NCBI GenBank assembly: GCA_038087875.1 | Contig: CM075987.1 | Location: forward strand, 20,896,001-20,960,000 | Origin: Malacoraja senta | Lineage: Eukaryota | DNA length: 64,000 nt | Reading direction: 5' to 3' | Shown: positions 1-13,380 of the stretch, piece by piece | Layout: every line of letters starts with the position of its first letter | Position numbering within the stretch: position 1 is the stretch's first letter | Made by a program: the position numbers and the translations under genes | Notes under the pieces: model-generated | Told to the model about the DNA's origin: nothing | The model's input: only the letters and a program-made list of their open reading frames with translations | Databases searched by the model: none

Positions 1-499
1 TAGCTTTGTTTTGGATGTTATGCAAACAGAGCAGATATATCATACATAGATGCAATCAGTTCAAACTCAAGCACGATAGAGCAAAGGGGAAGATACAGAG
101 CACAAAATAGTCTCAGCATTGCAGTGCATTAGTTCCAGCAAACTGCATAGCTCTGGGATAATAGGGATAGTCAGCATAGCTTTGTCTACCCCGACATCAG
201 TCTGAAGAAGGATCTCGACCCGGAAACGACACCCATTCCTTCTCTCCAGAGATGCTGCCTGCCCCGCTGAGTTACTCCAGCATTTTGTGTCTCGCTTTGT
301 CTACGGCAGGTAATGTCTTACTAACTTGATTTAAGTTAGTTTTTTGAGGCGAGGAAGGTGATTGATGATGCTAGGGTAGTGGATGTTTTTTTACGTGGAT
401 TTTAGTAAGGCATTAATATGTCCCTCGTGATGGGTTGACGCAGAAGATGAAGATGTCGGGGATCTATGGTGACTTTGTTGGATTCAGAACAGGCTTCCC

Positions 500-1760
500 C
501 ACTGAACTGCTGATGCTGGCTTACAAAAAAAGACACAAAGTGCTGGAGTAATTCAGCAGGTCAAGCAGCATCTCTGGAGAACACAGATAGGCGATGTTTT
601 GGGTTGGGAACCTTCTTCAGACTGATTGTAGGGGGGTGGGGTGGGAGTGGGAGGAGGAAGAAAGCTGGGAGAGGTGTGGGCAGGACAAAGTCAGGCAAGT
701 GATAAGTGGATACAGGTGATGGAGGTTTTGAATTCAAAGCCAGAGATAGGAACATTTGTGGTGGGGGGGGAGAAGACGGAAAAAAAAGTTTTTTTTGCAG
801 GTTACCTAAAATTCAATGTTCACACCACTGGGCTGCATGTCACGCAAGCAGAATATGAGGTGCTGTTCCTCCAGTTTACGTGTGGCCTCACTCTGACATT
901 GGAGGCAACCCAGGAACAAAGGTTCAATATGGACATGGGAAGGCCTGTTGAAATGGTTAACCACCAGGAAATCCAGCAGGCCTTGGCAAAGCGAGTGCAA
1001 GTGTGCAACGTAACTTTGAAAAGTAATTGGTGGTGGGCAAAATTGAAGGTGGTGGTAATGTTAGACAATGATGTGTTGGATGGTAGGGTGAAAGGCAAGG
1101 ACCGGGGAACTTTATCCTAGCTCCCTCCAGGAGAAGGGTAGCAAAAGCAGAACTACAGGACAGAGAAGACGCGGGTGAGAAATCCATCTGCAACAGCAAG
1201 GGGGAAAGCCACGTTCACTAAATGAGACGACATCATGGATGTCCTAGAAAGGAAAGGCTAGTCTTGGGTGCAGATGTGGAGGAGACAGAGAAATTGAGAG
1301 TCTTTGCAAGAAGCAGGGTGGAAGCTGTGTAGTCCAGTTAACCGTGGGAGTCGTAGACGTCCGTTGAAAGTCTGCCCCCTGTGATGTAGACAGAGTGATC
1401 AAGAGGAGAGAGGTAACAGATCTCAAGAAGGGTCTCGATCCAAAACGTCACTCATTCCTTCTCTCCAGAGTGCTGCCTGTCCTGCTGAGTTACTCCAGCT
1501 TTTTGTGTCTCAGGGATCAGAGATAGTCCAACTGCATTTCAGGATAGGGTGAAGGTTAATAGTAAAGTTAATAAAACCAACGAGCTGTGCAGGAGGCAGC
1601 CCTGATGCAGTTATATATATAATGGAGAAAGAGTTGTGGGATTATGCCAATGTCCATATGGAACAAGGATTTTTCAACGTAATCAACAAAAAGACAGGTA
1701 TAGCTGGAGCCCATGGTCACATCTTTTACTTAAATGAAGTGAGAGTCAAAAGAGATGTAC
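500..1760 (-). mobile_element. Degenerate Penelope-like retroelement (RT and GIY-YIG remnants, terminal repeat)
   Basis: Minus strand shows SYTCLFVDYVEKSLF...IPQLFL (RT-like) and CQSEATRKLEEQHLIFCL...GVNIEF (GIY-YIG C-terminus). Confidence 0.7.
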
Positions 1761-2285
1761 GACTACATAAAATGAAGTGATAGGCGAATGAAAGCAGTTT
1801 TGCATCACCAATGTCAAAGACATTGTGTTGAGATTGGCAAGTAACATGCGCACAGTCATCCACTGCGAGGCATCTCACAAAATTCAAGATTGCATGCATC
1901 AGTCTCCATTTCATAGACAAATTTGGTTCAGTAACACGGAGTAGTGAACAGTTCAACATATTAATGCTTACTTTTCAGACACAATGAACTGAAGATGCTG
2001 GTGCCAAACAAGGCACAGTGCTGGAATAATTCAGCAGGGTGAGACAGCATCTCTGGATAACAGATTGGTGACTTTCTGGGTCAGGATCATTCTTCAGAAT
2101 CAAGAAGGGTGCTAACCCAAAAAATCCAAGTTCTCCGGAGATGCTGCTTGACCTGTTAAATTATTCCAGCTTTAAAAAAAAAAAGATATTCTTTAGGTAT
2201 TACAATCACATTATTTGTCCAATATGTCAAAGTGTGCAGTCCCTGTTAGCTAAAGCGAGGTCACAACCAAGTGAGCAATACCTAC

Positions 2286-2478
2286 AAGAAGTGATGCCAG
2301 CAGTGGCCGGAAGGTTAGCATGCTGCTTAATGATGTCAGTAACCTCCAATATGGTCACGCTTCCATCTGACATGCAGATTGCCAGGATGGAAAATACCGT
2401 GGGATTCCATTTTAAATCCAACACTGTGCACTTTTTTTCTGGCTTGTAATACACAAATGGACGCTTCTGAGGTTTATC
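2286..2478 (-). CDS. NUP214: NUP214 coding exon 4
   Basis: tttattgtag|GATAAACCT...TCTT|gtaggt; 193 nt; DLKWNP...ICMSDGSV. Donor chosen by homology; an alternative GT lies 4 nt further. Confidence 0.88.
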
Positions 2479-5400
2479 CTACAATAAAGAAAACATATTT
2501 ACATAGCTGCAATTACTGTATATAATAAAAGCACACAAGGCAACTGATACAGGTTAAACAGAGCTAGGCAAAGGTATCTTTGGACAAATCGCCTAAAATA
2601 TGGCCAGAAAAGATATGCTTTAAACGTTGATTAGTTTTAAAGACAAATCTGGTAAACTAGTACTTGTTGGAACCAGGCTCTGCAAGGACTTTTAAGAGGC
2701 AATTGGACTAGCATTTAAGATAAAATAGTTTGCAGGATTTTGGCAGAAAAAAACCAACTAAACTGCTCTACTTGAAGCAGTAATGGCCTGAGTAGCCACC
2801 TCCTGTGACATCCTAATTCTGTTTTAAGGAGAAGACAGGCAGAGAGCTGGAAACAATGGGGAATTTATAGACCCTTTGGCACAGTTCTTCATGCTGGAGC
2901 AAAAAGAGTGCAGCATTACGGGTCAGAAACATTAGAACGGTCGGTCACAATGCCAAAGGATTGGAGTGCTGGATGAGCCGAAGAGTTAGAACTCGAGCAA
3001 AGACATGGAGGGATTAGAACAAGAGGAATTAAAATGTTGGATATTAGCCATGTGTAACATCAAAGTGGTACAATTAGTCATGACAAATATATACATTATT
3101 TAACATTACAGTATTCACTCCTGTACAAAAACGAACCACTCAGAGCGGCAGGTCTATGCACCACATAAACCACTAGAGATGACAAAGAAATAATAGTCTC
3201 TCCACAATGTGTGTTTATTTCAACAGTAAGGAGGAAAGGAATAAAAGTGCATGATAATGGAGATAGATTAAGTAGTGTAAAAGCACATGTAGCACAAATG
3301 CTGCAAAGATCGGTTGAATGCTTTGTTCTTGCACAACTTTTAAGTAATCAACTTTTAACTTTTAAATATGGGTATGGCTGGTGTTCACTATCTACCCCTA
3401 CCCAGTAGATAAAAATAAACCTGGACTGGAATCAAATATGGCAAGGCATTTGTTTTCTTTCCCTGCAATATACTCATAAACTATTTAGTTTCAGAGACAA
3501 GCCAACAGCTTCATAAGAACTTTTTATTTGATTATCGCCAAAGTTTATGTTTAAAACATAAATGGACGGGATTTCAGTTCTTGCCATACTATTTTAGAGG
3601 AAAGATGAACTACGTGGCTTAAGCTGGTAGGGTGGACACGATGGCTATGGGTTACCACGGACACAATAGCCACCTTATCCGCTGTATCATTATGGTGTTG
3701 CTAAACCCATGAACACAAACAGCTTGCATAAATGTATAAGCATGTGAATGAGAATGTGATTCCTGGATGGATTATGTTTACTAACATTGGATGATGAACA
3801 GTGTGCAATAAAAACAAACTTATGCATACAAAGAAAATTAGCACTCACCTTGTTCAGAAATGTGCGAATATCAAAGAAAGCAATGACCAGCCCATACTCC
3901 TCTGACACCATGGCAACAGACAAGGTTAAATCATCATGGCTGAGTGCAATGTGGTGTATAGGGAGCTTCATACTAACTGTCATAAAAGGTGCACCTTCAA
4001 CTGGGACATTAAAACAGAACCAGGTTAGAAAAAGAGACAGCCTATTCAATGACTCAGCCCTATACAGATTAAATATCTTTCAAGATAAAGAAACTACAGA
4101 GCATAAGGTCATCTCCTATTAATGCAGCTGGCAGCCTTGGAAGAATATAAATTATACCAACCTATTAAAGATAATGGCAAGTTTGAAGAAAGTGATTGTT
4201 CTAGGTACTTAATTCAGAGTATAAACACAAATTTATGATAATTCCTTTCCCCTCCCCATCTCATATACTATGTACCCATAAGCATTGTCACTTCAGCAGT
4301 ACCAGCAAAGTTACTTACAGTCACTTAACTCAAATTGCTGCAACTTTGCTCTGAAACAGTGTAATTCCACGCCAGGAAGATAGCTCAGGCTTTTTTTAAA
4401 TAAGAGTTTGGATACGTTGAAAACAAATGATCTATTTCGCTTGTCACAGATGTCACCAACTAATGGGGATAGATCTAAAGAACCAACCAGAGGGAGGTCA
4501 AGGAAAATAAATGTAATCATTATGGTGGAAGACTGGACTTAAAGGTCAAAGCAGGTAGAAACCCTCGCCATATTTAAAGGATACAGCTAATAATGTGTCT
4601 TTCTCTAATATGAATTGGATATAAAGTGAGCAAAACATCATCTGTACAGGTAAAAGCATGAAACACAACTTCCAAATATAAAGACCAATGGGTAAAGAGC
4701 ATCCATAAACAAGGAAGCATCATTTGATTTCATCAATAAAAACTGCAAGTTGAAGATTTTTTTAAACTACCAATTCAGCAATCACTATCCATCCCCTTTG
4801 AAGACCAATGGGGTAAGAATTATAGTTTTGTTGTTTGCTCCAACAACTCATTATTCTTTGTGCACAAATGAGAAAAATAGGATTTATCAAATTATTAGAT
4901 TTCCTAATTCCCTTACAATAAAGTGGGTGGTATAGCAGATAGTGAAGATGGTTGTCAAAGATTACAGCAGGATATTGGTCAGTTGGGCAAGTGGGCTGAG
5001 GAATGGTTAATGGAATTTAATACAGAGAAATGTGAGGTGTTGTATTTTGGGAATATCATGGGCAGGACCTACACAATGAATGGTAGGGTTTTGGGGAATG
5101 TTATGGAGCAGAGGGATCGAGGAGCACATGTGCATAGTTCCTTGAAAGTGACTTCCAGGTGGATAGAGTGGTTAAGAAGGCTTTCGGCACATAGGCCTTC
5201 ATCAGTCATTGAGTATAGAAGTTGGGAGATCATGTTGCAGTTATATAAGACGATGGTGAGGCCACATTTAGAATATTGTGTTCAGTTTTGGTCACCATTT
5301 GATAGGTAATATGTTGTCAAGTTTGAATGGGTTCAGAGAAGATTTGCCAGAATGTCACCAGGACTCGAGGAGTGAGCAATAGGGAAGATTGTACAGGGTG

Positions 5401-8400
5401 GTGCCTTATTCCTTGGAATGCAGGAGGATGAGAAGGGGTCTTATAGAGGCAAGCAAAATCATGAGAAGAATAGATTGGGTAAACAGACAGAGTCTTTAAC
5501 CCAGAGCAGGTGAGTTGAGAACCAGAGGACATAGGCTTAAGGTGAGGGGGGAAATAGACAATAGACAATAGGTGCAGGAGTAGGCCATTCGGCCCTTCGA
5601 GCCAGCACCGCCATTCAATGTGATCATGGCTGATCATCCCCAATCAGTACCCCGTTAGAAACATAGAAAATAGGTGCAGGAGGAGGCCATTCGGCCCTTC
5701 GAGCCAGCACCACCATTCATGGTGATCATGGCTGATCGTCCCCTATCAATAACCCGTGCCTGCCTTCTCCCCATATCCCTTGACTCCACTAGCCCCTAGA
5801 GCTCTATCTAACTCTCTCTTAAATCCATCTGTTCCTGCCTTCTCCCCATATCCCCTGACTCCGCCATCTTTAAGAGCCCTATCTAGCTCTCTCTTGAAAG
5901 TATCCAGAGAACCAGCCTCCACCGTCCTCCGAGGCAGAGAATTCCAGACTCACAACTCTCTCTGAGAAAAAGCGTTTCCTCGTCTCCGTTCTAAATGGCT
6001 TACCCCTTATTCTTAAACTGTGGCCCCTGGTTCTGGACTCCCCCAACATCGGGAACATGTTTCCTGCCTCAAGAGTGTCCAAACCCTTAACAATCTTATA
6101 TGTTTCAATAAGATTCCCTCTCATCCTTCTAAACTACAGAGTGCACAAACCCAGCCGCTTCATTCTCTCAGCATATGACAGTCCCGCCATCACGGGAATT
6201 AACCTTGTAAATCTACGCTGCACTCCCTTAAATAGCAAGAATGTCCTTCCTCAAATTAGGGGACCAAAACTGCATACAATACTCCAGGTGTGGTCTCACT
6301 AGGGCCCTGTACAACTGCAGAAAGACCTCTTTGCTCCTATACTCGACTCCTCTTGTTATAAAGGCCAACATGCCATTCGCTTTCTTCACTGCCTGCTGTA
6401 CCTGCATGCTTACTTTCAGAAACTGATGAACAAGGACCATCAGATCCTGTTGTACTTCCAATTTTCCCAACTTGATGCCATTTAGATAGTAATCTGCCTT
6501 CCTGTTTTTGATACCAAAGTGGATAATCTCACATTTATCCACATTAAACTTCATCTGCCATGCATCTGCCCACTCCCCAAACCTGTCCAAGTCACCCTGC
6601 ATTCTCATAGCATCCTCCTCACAGTTCACACTGCCACCCAGCTTTGTGTCATCTGCAAATTTGCTAATGTTACTTTGAATCCCTTCATCCAAATCATTGA
6701 TGTATATTGTAAATAGCTGCGGTCCCAGTCCGAGCCTTGCGGAACCCCACTAGTCACTGCCTGGCATTCTGAAAGGGACCCGTTAATCCCTACTCTTTCC
6801 TGTCTGCCAACCAATTTTCTATCCATGTCATGTCACCCCCAATACCATGTGCCCTAATTTTGCCCACTAATCTCCTATGTGGGACCTTATCAAATGCTCT
6901 CTGAAAGTCCAGGTACACTACATCCACTGGCTCTCCCTTGTCCATTTTCCTAGTTGCATCCTCAAAATATTCCAGAAGATTAGTCAAGCATGATTTCCCC
7001 TTCATAAATCCATGCTGACTCAGACCGATCCTGTTACTGCTATCCAAATGTGCGTCTATTTCATCTTTTATAATTGACTCCAACATCTTCCCCACCACCG
7101 ATGTCAGGCTAACTGGTCTATAATTCAGTTTTCTCTCTCCCGCCGTTCTTAAAAAGTGGGATAACATTATCTACTCTCCAATCCACAGGAACTGATCCTG
7201 CTATAGAACATTGGAAAATTATCACCAATGCATCCACGATTTCTAGAGCCACTTCCTTAAGTACCCTGCGATGCAGACCATCAGGCCCTAGGGATTTATC
7301 ATCCTTCAGTCCCATCAGTCTACCCAACACCATTTCGGGCCTAATGTGGATTTCCTTCAGTTCCTCCGTCACCCCAGATCCTCTGGCCACTACTACATCA
7401 GTAAGATTGTTTGTGTCCTCCTCAGTGAAGACAGACCCAAAGTACCTGTTCAACTCATCTGCCATTTATTTGTTTCCCATATTTAATGTGAACCCAAGGG
7501 ATAACTTTTTTGATACAAAGGGTGGTGGGTGTATGGAACAGGCTGCCGGGGGAGGTAGTTGAGGCAGGTACTATTACAATGTTTAAGAACATTTAGATAG
7601 GTACATGGATAGGACAGGTTTAATGGGAAATATGGGCCAAAAGCAGGCAGGTAGGACCAGTGTAGATGGGGCATGTTGGTCGGCGTGGGCAAGTTGGGAC
7701 GAGGGGTCTATTTCCACTCTGTATGACTCTAATCTCAAAAATGATTTCAAATTATGAATCGATCCTTTGGATGGCAGAAATCTGCACAACATTTCCACAT
7801 TTAAGGAAAGTGAAACAGAACGATGAGGTGATTATACAGAGATTAACCCACGGTTTGTACTCAATAAACTACTACAAACAATAACCAAACTACAAAAACA
7901 CTGATCATTTTCTGTTGATCAGAGAAATCCAAACACACACACACACACACACGAGGCATAGCTTGTGGCGGTACCTGGTGGCTAGCCACGGGTAGCGAAC
8001 CCTCGGCTCAAGAGGGAGGCGTTGAGTGTTTGGGAGTGGGAGGCGTTGGGTCATGGGGTCCGACCCGGGGTATTTAATGTCGGGTCACGCCCAGTCACGG
8101 GGTTGGTGTTGGAAGCAGCACCGTGACAGTAATAAACGCCATTTCGTGCACATAACTTGTTTTCGCCTCATTCTTGGCTGGACTCCTGGAGTCCCCACTA
8201 CAAGCTCAACATTTCAGCAAACCTTTGCTATTATGTTTCATAACTATTTTACCAACAATCTGGTTCCAATTTAAATTTTGTCTCATCAGCAGAAAGGGCC
8301 CCCAGAAATTCTATTCAAAATCCATAAAGAAGATAATTCCTCTACATCATATTAAGTAGAATACTTGAAGTCACTCTTTAGAATTTCCATGAACGCCTAA

Positions 8401-10333
8401 CAACAATCTACTGAGCCTGTGAAGCAGTAATTCAGAGGCCAAAACTCTTTCAGCAGTGTAGTGCCCATGGCCTTCAAGCATGCACATTATCCTTGACCAA
8501 AAGTGAGGAGAATTAAGTTTTCCACCATCTAGCTCACAATTTTAAAAAGAAAGATGCGTACTTACTAATATCATTTATACTTCCCTCTTCCTTGTCAGCC
8601 AAAGCAATGTACTGACTGCTGATAATTTTCATGCCATTGATGCCTCCCATAAAGACGAGTCCATAATGGTTGGATATGACCAAGAGACTGACCCTATCTT
8701 TCGGCAACTCCTCCGGGATGTCAAAGACGCGAAATCTCTTCATCTGCCGGAACATGAAGTACTGTGGAAGGAAGTTAGACATGTTCAAACAACTTACTAA
8801 AGGAAACCACTACATCCTAAAGGTGGCATCAAAACAGTAAGAAACTCCATGCAAGAGGATTAGATAAATTGGAGGTACGGAAGGGCAAATTGGATGGCTG
8901 ATACAAATGGCAACTATCTGTGTTATATGACAGAGGTTTGGAACCGTACCGTTATGTCACAGATTTGTTTTACTACCTTAGAAACTGACAATCAAAAAAA
9001 TCTAGCTTATTCAATCTCTCCTTATAACCAAATTTTCTAATCCATATAACATCCTGACGAATCTCTTTGGGATCCTCTCCAACACAAGCAAATCCTTCCT
9101 CCAGTGTGGCATTAATCTGTATACAATACTGTAGGTGAGGCCTAACCAATGTCTTATAAAGTTGTTACATGTCAAGGTCTTTCTTCAGACCGTCTAAAGT
9201 CTCAATCTGAGTCCGAGTCTCAGTCTGCAGAAGGGTTTTGACCTGAAACGTCACCCATTCCTTCGCTTCAGAGATGCTGCCTGTATCGCTGAGTTACTCC
9301 AACGTTTTGCATTTATCTTCGGTGTAAACCAGCATCTGCAGTTCCTTCCTACATCTTTTATACCTTTATTGCCACATGCAGAGATCTCTGGACTTGTACC
9401 CCAAGGTCCCACTGTTCATCAAAACTACCAAGGGCTCTAGCATTTACTGTATATTTACTTGACTTTTCAAAACGTATCATCTCACACTTGTCAGGATTAA
9501 ACTTCATCTGTCATTGATCGGCCCAATTAGCCTTTGACAATCACCGTTATCTACAACACCACATGCTGAAGTCTTGAACATAGTGATTCTTGTGAAATCC
9601 AAAGCGGGCATTAGTAAGTATGCAGACACAAAAAGTTGGAGTAACTCAGCAGGACAGGCAGCAATCTCTGGAGAGGAGTGGGTGACATTTCAGGTCGAGA
9701 CCCTTCAGTAAGTAGGTTATTGACGAGTAAGAGCTATTCAATAACAGTGATAGTGACACTATTACTTTGGTGATGATTGAGAGAAGTCTTCAGTACCACT
9801 GATGAAATGTTAACTGATCACTTTACTATATCCAGTGCCCTCAGCCACTTCTTGATATCACATTGAATGAATCAAGTTGGCTAAATACAAACTTCTGCAC
9901 CATCACAGCTTCCTCCTGAGACCTCCAGCACAACTGAAATGAGAACTCAGCATGGTCTTTGACGCACACCTTCTGGGCCTCAACATCACTTGCAGCGTCC
10001 CACAAGATGCTGCATGAATAGCGGAGTCACTCCGGCACTTTGTGTTCTAGGCAAGATTCCAGCATCTGCAGTTCCTTGTTTCCCCCTTGAATCTTTAAGT
10101 TGTGAACACGGAATGCAAACTTCAAAATAAGTATTTACAAAACTAACATAGTCATGTAGGATCACACTCTCAGGCAATGTCAGCGCCCATTATCTGCCAC
10201 TTGCTGTCCCTCATCTCACCATCACCACTTCACCCTCACATTCGCCCGTCCGGTGAATCACAGCAAGCCATTTATTTTCTCCACCACTCACCTTCATCTC
10301 CTTCTCGGGGACGCCGACCACGCCGTCCCCCAT
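2286..10333 (-). CDS. NUP214: Nucleoporin 214, 5' part: coding exons 1-4 (10333-10292, 8761-8566, 4000-3849, 2478-2286); gene continues beyond window start
   Basis: Spliced translation MGDGVVGVPEKEMK|YFMFRQMKRFRVFDIPEELPKDRVSLLVISNHYGLVF...|...FFDIRTFLNK|DKPQKRPF...LDLKWNPTV resembles the NUP214 N-terminal beta-propeller; GT-AG sites with compatible phases; synteny with AIF1L and LAMC3. Confidence 0.95.
3849..4000 (-). CDS. NUP214: NUP214 coding exon 3
   Basis: gtcccag|TTGAAGGT...AACAAG|gtgagt; 152 nt; KLPIHHIALSHDDLTLSV...FFDIRTFLNK. Confidence 0.93.
4921..7730 (+). mobile_element. CR1 LINE 3' fragment (4921-5553 and ~7480-7730) split by a nested CR1
   Basis: LQQDIGQLGKWAEEWLMEFNTEKC...[14 protein letters not shown]; the element resumes after the insert. 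Confidence 0.85.
5554..7478 (-). mobile_element. 5'-truncated CR1 LINE (RT, frameshifted), with a second CR1 3' end nested at ~5657-5830
   Basis: [42 protein letters not shown]; (TCTATTG)n tail. Confidence 0.92.
7933..7952 (+). repeat. (AC)n microsatellite
   Basis: Read directly. Confidence 0.9.
7964..8202 (+). mobile_element. Solo LTR (probably Gypsy-type)
   Basis: TGT...ACA ends, 4-bp TSD AGCT (7960-7963, 8203-8206), TATTTAA ~8071, AATAAA 8131. Confidence 0.8.
8566..8761 (-). CDS. NUP214: NUP214 coding exon 2
   Basis: cttccacag|TAC...ATTA|gtaagt; 196 nt; overlaps ORF 8534..8788. Confidence 0.93.
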
Positions 10334-10560
10334 CGCGAGTCACTTGTTAACCGGCGCCAACACCAAGAGAACAAACTGCGAGTCGTCGACGCCGCCTCCG
10401 CCCGCTCAAACAGGCCTCCACGCGCGTCACATCCGGCGCCGCTGCGCGCATCACAGACAGAGCCTCGGTCACGTGGGAGCGAGCGGGAGGCGGGGTCAAA
10501 AGTACGCGTCATCATCAGTCCAGGCAGCAGCCCGACGCAGGCGCGCAGAGCTGAATGCAT
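10240..10560 (-). promoter_or_regulatory. NUP214 CpG-island promoter
   Basis: CpG-dense around exon 1; E-box CACGTG 10470-10475, GC box GAGGCGGGG ~10487-10495, NRF1-like TGCGCGCA 10443-10450. Confidence 0.75.
10292..10333 (-). CDS. NUP214: NUP214 coding exon 1 (MGDGVVGVPEKEMK)
   Basis: ATG at 10333-10331 in a CpG island; donor AAG|gtgagt; 42 nt, phase 0. Confidence 0.9.
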
Positions 10561-10586
10561 GAATGAATGAATGAATGAATGAATGA
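10553..10586 (+). repeat. (GAAT)n microsatellite
   Basis: Read directly. Confidence 0.9.
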
Positions 10587-12229
10587 TACTTTGTAATAGT
10601 GTCGGGTAACATTTGCAAACACTACGTTAGGACGAAATGAATGTCAGGAGGAAAGGAATAGAAATGCATGATAATGGAGTTAGATTAAGTAGAGTAAATG
10701 CACATGTAGCGCAAACAGCAACGGACAGCAAAATCCATTGCACCACTTCTGACACCATTGACCATGCAAGGCCTTATTTATTACCTTTTTCATTTATATT
10801 TCAGGATGCAAGCATAGCGGCAATTTAACACCCATTCCTTGATCATCCTTGAGAAAGCAGGGTGAACCATCTTCTACTGAAGGCATTCCCATGGTGTTCT
10901 CAGATAGAGAATTTTAGATAAAACTGAAGAAGGGTCTCGACCCGAAACATCACCCATTCCTACTCTCCATAGATGCTGCCTCACCCGCTGAGTCCAGCAT
11001 TTTGTGTCCTATTGTCGTGTTGTGTCTAGCATATCAACTACTTAGGATTCCAGTCAAGTTATGTTTGAATTATGAATTTCTATGGGAATGTATTTGCTTG
11101 TTGCATGAACTTCTGTACTCAATTCCTGACTGGTGAAGATGGACATGACTGAGATTGTATATTTCTAATATAGTTCTACGGAGCGCAAAGTATTGAGGAA
11201 ATCCAATTTGCTTTACCCACTCAATCAGAACCCAAATTTAAACAAAATAAAGCTCCCCCATTTGTCCATGTCAGAATATTTCAAATGCTGCAGGCACAAA
11301 TATAATAGAGATCGAAACAACACGTGGATTTGGAGTTATGATCCCTGTTAATTCACTCTTTAACATCTTCTAAACATTATTCTCAAAGGTATATTAGTGA
11401 GATCATATAGACTCAGCAAATATTTGCCAAATATGTGCTCAGTCCGCCAAAGTCTACTGGATCTCCCATTTGCTAACCATATTAACTTCCATTCCCATAC
11501 TGACCTTTCTGCCTTAGGCCTTCTCTATTGCCAGAGTGAGGCCATGCGCGCACAGCCATTTCTCCCTCCCATCCTATATTCCTCCCTCTGACCACAATTT
11601 ACACCTGTTCTATTCTTGTCCCACACCTTTTATCTTTTCATCTCTGGCCTTTTCAACCACCTGCCTTTCAAAAACTGCCCTCACCTGTATCCACCTATCG
11701 CTTGCCAGGCTTTATCCTGTCCTCTCTTCCAGCCTTATCCCTCCCAAATCATAATCAATCTCAAGGGTCCTGAGCTGAAATGTTACCGACACGTTCTGCA
11801 GACATGCTGCCTGACCCGCTGAGTTACTCCAGCACTTTATGTCTTTATTTGTAAACCAGCATCTGCAATTTCTCATATCTACTATTGGCTAATTGTTGGG
11901 TGTTAATTATGAGGCCAATGTTTAGGATATTTCGCAACTAGCACGAGGTGTACTCTCTGCTCTGCTGAAACAACTCAACTTGGAGCAAGTTTTAATGACT
12001 TAACTTACTGTGACAGGCAGTTTGATATTGATCCCAATTTTAACATCAGTTACACACATTAGCGCCATATCAATGAATCCCTCTATGGGAGCAGGGGAGC
12101 ATTACTGCCAATTATTTGAAATGTGTTTAGTTGAAATCAACAAAGAGAGAGCAACTTTCATTCAAGAATTGCTTTATTTCACTCTTGTTATGTACAAAAT
12201 TATGAAATGATTCCCAACAGAATGGATAT

Positions 12230-13380
12230 TAGTTACATGAAGAGGTTGAACAAAGTTGGATTGTTTTCTTTGGAGCTTTGGAGACTGAGGGGAGACCTGA
12301 TAGAAGTTTATAAAATTACTAGACCAACGGGGACCGTCCCCTCAATGCGGTTGCGGTGAGGGCGGCCTTCAGCATCACACACAGACACACACTAACCATC
12401 CCCGCCTTAGTATTATACTAATATTATTAATTTGCTCCTTTTACCCCATCCCCTGACCTATCCACTCACGCATCACCCCCAACTGCACAGGCGTGGCTAG
12501 AGAGGGGGGTGGAGAGGGAGGGGGAGGGTGGTAGAGAGGGAGAGGGAGGGGGGTAGAGATTGAGGGGTGGGGGGTCGCGGCATCACAGGGGAAGGCTGTT
12601 TCTCGAATGCAATACTCCACCATACCCATATGTCTCAATATTCACCACTCCCTAGCGAGGGAGGGGGGCAGAGAGGGAGCGGGGGCAGAGAGGGAGGGGG
12701 GGCAGAGAGGGAGCAGGGGGCAGAGAGGGAGGAGGCAGAGAGGGAGGGGGGGCAGAAAGGGAGGGGGGGCAGAAAGGGAGGGGGGCAGAAAGGGAGGGCC
12801 CCCTCCCCCCCTTCTCCATCCCCCCCTCCAACCCCCCTCTCTCTCTCTGCCCCGGGGAGGGGATAGAGAGGGAGGGGGAGGGGGGTAGAGGCAGCACCTA
12901 CCCAGGTCGTAGAGCAGAAGCCTCCTCACCAGGCGCCTGGTCCGAGATAGGCTTCGGCCGGCATGGACCAGAGCGATGCCCGGAGCGATCTGAGGATGGT
13001 CAAAAGCAGCGGAGGGCCGGATGATGGTGGCTTCCGTGAGAGGCATAGATAGGGTAGACAGTTCATTTTTTTCCCAAGGCATGCCCATCAAATACTAGGG
13101 GCATAGGTTTAAGGTGAGAGGGGTAACATTTAAAGGAGATGCGCAGAGCAAGTTTTTTATTTATACAGAATGGTGGGTGCTTGGAATGTCCTGCCAGGGG
13201 TGGTTGTGGAAGAAGATACGATAGTAATATTAAAGACGTTTTTCGTAGGCACATGTGTATGCAGGAAATGTAGAGACATGGATCAGGTGCAGGCAGAAGG
13301 GATTAGTTTAATTTGGCATAATGTTCAGCACAGGCTTTGTAGGCCAAAGAGTTTGTTCCTGTGCTGCACTGTTCTGTGTT
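12230..13380 (+). mobile_element. CR1 3' fragment interrupted by a Helitron-like element
   Basis: CR1 3' motif gggagacctgatagaagtttataaaatta|tgagaggcatagatagg is split by the insert. Confidence 0.75.
12319..13036 (-). mobile_element. Non-autonomous Helitron-like element
   Basis: 3' CTAG preceded by hairpin GGGGACGGTCCCC; inserted between A and T without TSD; purine-rich repeats inside. Confidence 0.65.

Noticed and set aside
12441..13091. Overlapping Pro/Gly-rich ORFs
   Set aside because: Low-complexity purine tracts inside the Helitron-like element.
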